DNA from: an uncultured delta proteobacterium
Lineage (GTDB): Bacteria; Desulfobacterota; Binatia; Binatales; Binataceae
Reading direction: 5' to 3'
NCBI GenBank assembly: GCA_963756155.1
Contig: CAVWMQ010000001.1
Location: forward strand, 602,380-666,379
DNA length: 64,000 bases
The notes beneath the pieces are model-generated. The model was not told the DNA's origin and did not search any database. It worked only from the letters and a program-made list of their open reading frames with translations. The position numbers were made by a program, and so were the translations under genes. Numbering within the stretch: the stretch's first letter is position 1; every line of letters starts with the position of its first letter. Shown here in pieces: positions 58,438-64,000 of this stretch.

Positions 58438-59187
58438 CTACGGCGTGGCCGGCGTGTCGCCTGCGCCGCCGCTGGTATCCGTGGCCGCCGGCAGCGGCGC
58501 GCCCGCCGTCGCGCAATCGGCGCCGGTGAGCTTGCCGCTGGAGAATTCGTGCGCGACCGCATTCAGGATGAAGAGGCTCCGCTCGGGCGTCTGGTTTGCC
58601 AACTTGAATAGTTGCGCCGCATTTTTCGCCGCGTTTGTGGCGGTGTCGTCGGAATTCGGCACGCCATAGACCTGGAACACCTTGCACAACGACACGATGC
58701 CGTCGCGGCGATCGTTGCTGGTCAGCGCGATGTCAGATGCCGATGTTTCCAGCGCGGGTGCCTGTACTGTTTCGGAAGTGGCCGGGCGCATTTTCCGCAT
58801 CACTCCGCGCGCGACGATCAGAATAGCCACTACGAATACCGCGAGTGCGAGCAGGCGCCCGAGCTTTTGTCCGCCGTTCAAATCTCCCCACGGAATCCAC
58901 TCGATACCGCCTTTGCGGCGGACCGGAGGGGGCGCCGGCGACGTTTTGAAAATCCCTTGCGGAGGCTTGAGCCTGACCGCGGCGCCGCTGCCCCGGGGCG
59001 GTACCGGACTGGTCGGCGGCATCGCGGCCTGCGGTTTGTCGGCCGGATGTTGACCCGGATGCTGGCCGGATAGCGGGAGAGGTTGGCCGGGATTCGGAGC
59101 TCGCCTCGCCCCGATCGGCGCCGCGCAGAACCCGCACTCAGTTGCCGTGGGGGGATTGGGCTCGCCGCATGCCGGGCAGTTTGGCAT
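58438..59187 (-). CDS. Zinc-ribbon domain membrane protein
   Basis: N-terminal CPACG...CGFC, Pro-rich linker, one TM helix, C-terminal domain with Cys pair. Confidence 0.75.
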   Translation of the reverse strand: MPNCPACGEPNPPTATECGFCAAPIGARRAPNPGQPLPLSGQHPGQHPADKPQAAMPPTSPVPPRGSGAAVRLKPPQGIFKTSPAPPPVRRKGGIEWIPWGDLNGGQKLGRLLALAVFVVAILIVARGVMRKMRPATSETVQAPALETSASDIALTSNDRRDGIVSLCKVFQVYGVPNSDDTATNAAKNAAQLFKLANQTPERSLFILNAVAHEFSSGKLTGADCATAGAPLPAATDTSGGAGDTPATP

Positions 59188-59255
59188 CAGTTCACCGTCG
59201 CTAAACTACCGTCGACTTGATCAACGTCATAACAACGCGCGCCGCACAGCGCGAT

Positions 59256-59345
59256 TCGAACAGTCACGCAATGCTCCTCAACAATTTGCACCAAACCAAA
59301 TACGAAACCGCTTAACTATCACGCCCAACGATCTCTTGAAAGTCG
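59256..59345. repeat. 90-bp direct repeat, copy 1
   Basis: 82/90 identical to 61168..61257. Confidence 0.92.
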
Positions 59346-59445
59346 CCCTCCTGTGCGGCCTTTCACTTTCGGCCATTTCATCGACTTGTGTTGCCCGTTG
59401 GAGTATCTCTCGACTCGAAAATTCCCAGCGGTACGAAGTCAAAGA

Positions 59446-59604
59446 ATGAAGCCCCGCCACGCAGCCGCGCTCGCGATCGTGGTAGCCTTTATCCTACTGA
59501 ATATCGGCCTGTTGGCTGCAGGTACTTTCGATCGAGGGGAGTTGATATGGATCGGGTTCTGCGTGGTCGCGGTAAGCCTGATTTCCTTTCGATGGCGGCG
59601 TTGA
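59446..59604 (+). CDS. Small 2-TM hypothetical protein (MKPRHAAALA...)
   Basis: 52-aa ORF with two hydrophobic helices. Confidence 0.5.
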   Translation: MKPRHAAALAIVVAFILLNIGLLAAGTFDRGELIWIGFCVVAVSLISFRWRR

Positions 59605-59699
59605 ATCCAAATTAAGCCACTCTGCAATTCAAATGACGCCACTCCCATCCGATCAGCGTCAAATGACGCCAGTACCCCTCTGCGACTGGAAAGGTAGTT

Positions 59700-59809
59700 T
59701 ACGAACTCGCCGGAGCGCTCTTTCAATTCGATACGAGTCCCTTTCTTGAGGCCAGGTGCCTCCGGTAAAGCGGCCGGAGTCCTAATCACAAGGCTATTCC
59801 CCACTTAGA
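59700..59809 (-). pseudogene. AbrB/MazE-type antitoxin N-terminal remnant
   Basis: K-W/GNSLVIRTPAALPEAPGLKKGTRIEL resembles KWGNSLA.RIP...L.L..G; one-base shift in the KWG codons; no start codon or toxin. Confidence 0.55.
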
Positions 59810-59958
59810 AGCAGAGGCAGGAAGGTCTGCTTCCAAAACTCAAATGGGAACCTGGTAGAGCGCGTCCTGGTCTTTACATGTAATTGCCTTCTGGAAGAAG
59901 AATACTACCGTAAGATCGTCTCATCGCTATCAGGGTGCGCCGACTGGAGGGAAAGTCC

Positions 59959-61161
59959 ATGACCTGGTTCACCAATCTTGCGACCCCGTATCACCAGCAG
60001 GACACAGACTACTATTGCGGTGCCGCCGTCGCGCAGATGATCCTCGACTCTATCGGCTCCGGGCTTCTCGACCAGAACATCCTTTACGCGTCGAACCACG
60101 CGCACTCAAGCTCTGGCTGGTACACCTCGCCCGACGGCCTCAACTACACGCTCAACGCGTATATGCCGCCGCCCCCGCGTTTCGACAGCTTCTTTATCGT
60201 CGAAGCGGCGAGTTCCGAAGCGGACGGATCGACCAACATCATCCGCACCCTGCGATTTTTCAACGTAACGACGGGAACGCTGGTCTACGGCTGTGGGCAC
60301 TGGGTCGCGGTCCGCGGCGCCAAGACCGACGTCGACCCCGCCGGGGAGGACGGTTCGTTTTCGATCGATGGTTTCTATATAAATAACCCATGGCCGCCTA
60401 CCCCGAGCTTCTACGATTCCCTGCTCGCGCCGCCGCCGCCACATGCCGATCCCGATGCGTGCGGCAGCGGTGGGAGCCGCGGTAGCGCTGACGAGTACGT
60501 GTCTTATGCCGAATGGCAGAGCACCTATTTCACCGGCTGCAACGTTTCTGGCTCCGGCATCCAGTACGTCAGCGTGTGCGATCCACGCCGGCCGCCGATT
60601 CGCCGGCTCAAGCTCGTCGGCCAGACGCGGATGACCACGGGCCTCCACCTGATCTCGCACAACGATGCGCTCGACCTGGCCAATCGTGGCCTCGCCGACC
60701 ATCTGCGTGCCAATCCGAAATGCCAATTGACGCCGGCGCTGCAGGGAACCCATGCAGCCAGCGCGCATCTCGTCCAGCGGCTCGATCGCCGGGATAACTT
60801 CTATTACTTGATCGAAATGCACCGCAACGGCGTCCCGACCGCGATTTTGCGGGCCGACGCTCTCGACGGCACTTTCCATGGAGCGCTGTCGCTGGCGAAT
60901 GTGCCGCGCGCGCCGATCATCTCCGCGGCCGACGCGACTGCAGCGGCGCGCCGCGCTGTGATCGACCGCGGCGACGGCCAAGGCCGGATCGTCCTACGCG
61001 ATGGCGCCTTCAGCCTTTATCCGACCCTGGTCTGGCGCCCCTGCCAGGAGTCGCGCTCGCCGTATTACCCGTTTCACCAGATCACGGTTGGGGCCGATAC
61101 GATCTATGTTGGCTATGACGGACGCGTCTATGCGAGCTTGCACGATCTGGGACGCGGGTGA
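59959..61161 (+). CDS. Papain-like cysteine peptidase (C39-like) with uncharacterised C-terminal domain
   Basis: GGAGG RBS; PYHQQDTDYYCGAA..QMIL (Gln and catalytic Cys), GHWVAVRG (His), INNPW. Confidence 0.75.
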   Translation: MTWFTNLATPYHQQDTDYYCGAAVAQMILDSIGSGLLDQNILYASNHAHSSSGWYTSPDGLNYTLNAYMPPPPRFDSFFIVEAASSEADGSTNIIRTLRFFNVTTGTLVYGCGHWVAVRGAKTDVDPAGEDGSFSIDGFYINNPWPPTPSFYDSLLAPPPPHADPDACGSGGSRGSADEYVSYAEWQSTYFTGCNVSGSGIQYVSVCDPRRPPIRRLKLVGQTRMTTGLHLISHNDALDLANRGLADHLRANPKCQLTPALQGTHAASAHLVQRLDRRDNFYYLIEMHRNGVPTAILRADALDGTFHGALSLANVPRAPIISAADATAAARRAVIDRGDGQGRIVLRDGAFSLYPTLVWRPCQESRSPYYPFHQITVGADTIYVGYDGRVYASLHDLGRG

Positions 61162-61167
61162 ACCGTA

Positions 61168-61257
61168 TCGAACAGTCACGCAGTGCTCCTCTACAATTTG
61201 CACCAAGCCAAATACGAAACCGCTCAATTGTCACCCCCAACGACCTCTTGAAAGTCG
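61168..61257. repeat. 90-bp direct repeat, copy 2
   Basis: 82/90 identical to 59256..59345; begins 7 nt after the peptidase stop. Confidence 0.92.
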
Positions 61258-61396
61258 GGCTCCCCGTTCGGCGGAGCGTTCTTTCGGCGCGAAAGCCGCC
61301 GTTCGGGGCGAACCTCCTCGCGGGCGCCTGTCGGTCGAGGATTCTCTTCCGAGGACGGCTGCTGCCATCGACTGATCGGACCACCGGGAGCGAACA

Positions 61397-61777
61397 ATGG
61401 AACAACCCGACAAAGGAGAAGCCAAAAGCGGTCAGTCTGTCAGAAGGTTCGTTGGATTCGGCGCAATTATTGGCGCGGTCATCGCCGTTCTTTTCTTTTC
61501 CTTGTCCAGCAGGTTTCGGTCTTCTGAGGGCTTCACTGATTTGAGCTCGACTTCACCGAAATCCACGTCTCCCTCACGTCCCCAGATTCGGCTTGAAATC
61601 AAATCCCGATCGACCGGCGCCAGTGACTTCGCTGAGCAAGTACTCAATGACCTGCCAGTCGCTTTCGCCGGTGCGATTGCCGGTGGCGTCGTCGGAGGCT
61701 TTGCCAAGTTCCTGAAGTGGCTGGGAGGCTTGGCGTTTTCAGGAAGGCGGAAACGGAAGAAACGTAACTCAAGATGA
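61397..61777 (+). CDS. Hypothetical 2-TM membrane protein
   Basis: GGGAG RBS; two hydrophobic segments and a basic tail. Confidence 0.5.
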   Translation: MEQPDKGEAKSGQSVRRFVGFGAIIGAVIAVLFFSLSSRFRSSEGFTDLSSTSPKSTSPSRPQIRLEIKSRSTGASDFAEQVLNDLPVAFAGAIAGGVVGGFAKFLKWLGGLAFSGRRKRKKRNSR

Positions 61778-61795
61778 GTTGACGCGCGGGTTCCG

Positions 61796-62830
61796 CTAGG
61801 GCGCCAGCAGGTCGTTCGCTTGCATCGCGGCCGATTCGTCCTTGGCAGTGGTTTCCGTGATTCCGAGGCGATGCTCGAGCTCGGCTATCTTGTCGCCGGC
61901 CGGCGCGAAATGCGGCCCGTCGGGCGCCAGGTGCTGGTAGGTGCGGAACATCGCGAGCCCTTCGCGATCGCGATGCGCGTGCTCCAGCGCGATTGCAAGT
62001 GAATAGTATGCCTCGACCATCCACGGCGCCTGCTCGAGCGCGCTCGAGAATTCCCTGGATGCCTCCGCGTCGCGCTTCTGCGCCGCGAGCCTGGTCCCCG
62101 CCTGGAAGTGACTCTCGGCGCTCTCGGGCATCGTGATTCCGCCATTGCGGCTCAACACCACCATCCGGTTCAAGGCGTCCAGCTCGTCGTCGGGCATGAA
62201 GAACCCACGATAAGCCGCCAGGAAATGATCGAACGCTTTGTGCTCGTCGCCTTCCTGCTCGAGCATCGCACCGGCGTTGTAGTCGGCCTTGGGCACCAGC
62301 CCGTGCGCGATGCGCGCGGCGTCATCCAACTTGGCCAACGCCGTCGTCGCGTTGCCATTTTCGGCAAGCCCGATCGCCGCGCGATTGAGCGCCTGCGCCT
62401 TGCAGGTGCCCGGCGCCGCGCTTGCAACCAGGTTGGAGTTGTCGAACTGCTCGGCCTTCTCATCGGCGATATTCTGCAGGCGCGCGCGGACCGCCGGGTC
62501 GTGCGGGTTGAAGCGGAGCGCGCGGTTCGCCAGCTTTGCGGCGTAGAGGGGATCGCAGAACTTGAGCATCAGCTCGGCTGCGAGCTCGATAGCCGCCGGA
62601 TTCTCCGGATCGATTTGCAACGCGGTCCGGATCGGAACGAGCGCCGCGGCATAGTCACCCTGATGGAACGCTGAATGCGCATGCGCCAGCAGATCGCCGG
62701 CTTTGAGATCGCCCGCGCCGGCCTGACCGCCGGCGGCGAGGGCGCCGCGCGTCGCGAGCCCGAGAACCAGTAACAGTAAGATGATCGGAAACGGCGCGAG
62801 GAGACGCCCGCCCCCGCTTCGTCGATTCAC
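61796..62830 (-). CDS. Exported tetratricopeptide-repeat protein
   Basis: Signal peptide; ALQIDPEN, ALRFNPHD, EAYYSLAIAL TPR patterns. Confidence 0.8.
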   Translation of the reverse strand: MNRRSGGGRLLAPFPIILLLLVLGLATRGALAAGGQAGAGDLKAGDLLAHAHSAFHQGDYAAALVPIRTALQIDPENPAAIELAAELMLKFCDPLYAAKLANRALRFNPHDPAVRARLQNIADEKAEQFDNSNLVASAAPGTCKAQALNRAAIGLAENGNATTALAKLDDAARIAHGLVPKADYNAGAMLEQEGDEHKAFDHFLAAYRGFFMPDDELDALNRMVVLSRNGGITMPESAESHFQAGTRLAAQKRDAEASREFSSALEQAPWMVEAYYSLAIALEHAHRDREGLAMFRTYQHLAPDGPHFAPAGDKIAELEHRLGITETTAKDESAAMQANDLLAP

Positions 62831-62914
62831 GGCTCGGCTATACCATCGGCGCTCTCGCCCCCGCAAGGCGACCCTCCGCGCGCGAAGGGTGAACTCGCGA
62901 AATCCGCGCGAAGA

Positions 62915-64000
62915 CTAGGAAGCGGCTGAGGTTGTGGCTGCGGGCTCGCCGGCGCGCGCGGCCAGGCGCTCGCGCATCTGGCGATGAGCGTCGCGGGTAA
63001 TCGGGTAGCGCGAGAAAACAATCGCGCTCAGGAAATAGATCGCCGCCGGCGCGATCGAAAACAGCGCGCGCAGATTCTCCGCCGCCGCCGGCGTGAGCTG
63101 GACCGCGCCCGGCACGTACCCGACCCAGCCCATCAGCGGCCCGACCAGCAGCATCGAGACCGCGACCGACAGCTTGATCGACATCGAGGTGATTCCGCCG
63201 TACGCGCCTTCCTGGCGGACCCCGGTGCGCTCCTCGTCCCATTCGATCACGTCGGCCGACGCCGAGAGCTGCGTGACCCAGATTCCGATCGCACTGAACC
63301 CCGACGCGAACATCAGAAAGTACATGCCGAGCGTGCTGCCCGGCGTCAGCAGCATGAACGCGAGCGAGCACATCGCGTTACACACCATCGCGACCACGAA
63401 CGCCGGCTTCTTTTCGATCCGGATCGTGATCCGGAACCAGAACGGATACGAGACCACCGAGCCCGCGAAGTAGGCCAGCAGCCATCGCGCCGCCGCGTTC
63501 TCGTCGTGCATCCAGTACTTGGCCAGAAAGCGCAGCAGCACGCTCGGGATGTTGATCGCCATTATCGCCAGCGTGGTCGCGGCGAGCAGGATCAGAAACG
63601 GCCGGTTGTGGGTCATCGACTTGAGCGCGTCGAGCAGCCGGTAGCGCTCGCGATCCGAAAAATCGGCGCGCTCGCGCAGCATCACGTAGGCCAGCATCGC
63701 GCCGCCGGCGACCACGATTCCGCACACCGCGCCGGTCACCCGGAAGTCGGTGCCGCGCGCGAACAGGTACGACGCTCCGAACGGCAGCATCGCGCCCGCG
63801 ATGTCGCCCACCGTCCCGCACAACTGGCGGAAGGTCGACAGCCGGGTGCGCTCGTCGTAATCGAGCGTGAGCTCCGGCATCAGCGCGCTGTAGGCGGTCT
63901 CGTAGAATTTTCGCGCGGTGAGCATCAGGAAGTAGAAGCACAGGAACCACGCGAACAGGCCGGCGTGCAGATCCGGCGGCGCCAACAGCAGGAAATAACA
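62915..64000 (-). CDS. MFS transporter, GPH (MelB-like) family; 5' end outside window
   Basis: YSALMPELT.DYDERTRLS..R, ADVIEWDE.RTG.RQEG.Y, YPITR. Confidence 0.9.
   Translation of the reverse strand, partial: CYFLLLAPPDLHAGLFAWFLCFYFLMLTARKFYETAYSALMPELTLDYDERTRLSTFRQLCGTVGDIAGAMLPFGASYLFARGTDFRVTGAVCGIVVAGGAMLAYVMLRERADFSDRERYRLLDALKSMTHNRPFLILLAATTLAIMAINIPSVLLRFLAKYWMHDENAAARWLLAYFAGSVVSYPFWFRITIRIEKKPAFVVAMVCNAMCSLAFMLLTPGSTLGMYFLMFASGFSAIGIWVTQLSASADVIEWDEERTGVRQEGAYGGITSMSIKLSVAVSMLLVGPLMGWVGYVPGAVQLTPAAAENLRALFSIAPAAIYFLSAIVFSRYPITRDAHRQMRERLAARAGEPAATTSAAS

Noticed and set aside
59629-59672. TCAAATGACGCCA repeated twice 30 bp apart
   Set aside because: Only two short copies in decayed DNA; no function can be supported

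Overview
High-GC bacterial chromosomal window. Gene content is deltaproteobacteria-like; Candidatus Binatia/Binatota is a plausible but unverified source. It is mostly housekeeping: pilD-tmk-holB-PSP1(yaaT)-metG-tatD, mutM-rsmA, tsaD, PBP1B, degP, htpX, cysK, larE, ispD, carD, rimI, an orphan groEL, aspC-like, coaD-rsmD and a partial nuo cluster (E-H-J-K-L-M-N only). Three lower-GC accessory patches interrupt it: (i) ~11.7-17.65 kb, an array of small co-oriented orphan envelope genes plus a decayed higBA, bounded by degenerate copies of the yjbQ/M20-peptidase junction; (ii) ~33.55-33.8 kb, an antitoxin remnant; (iii) ~59.25-61.8 kb, a C39-like peptidase cassette between 90-bp direct repeats. 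The most unusual coding features are an ECF sigma factor coupled to an Ogt methyltransferase with a C-terminal Ada Zn-sensor domain, and a ferredoxin-transmembrane-HSP20-like fusion. Single-base frameshifts in tsaD, nuoJ, higA and the ferredoxin fusion suggest assembly indel errors. I found no rRNA, tRNA, CRISPR array or intact transposase/integrase. All family calls come from recognising motifs by eye; no database search was run.
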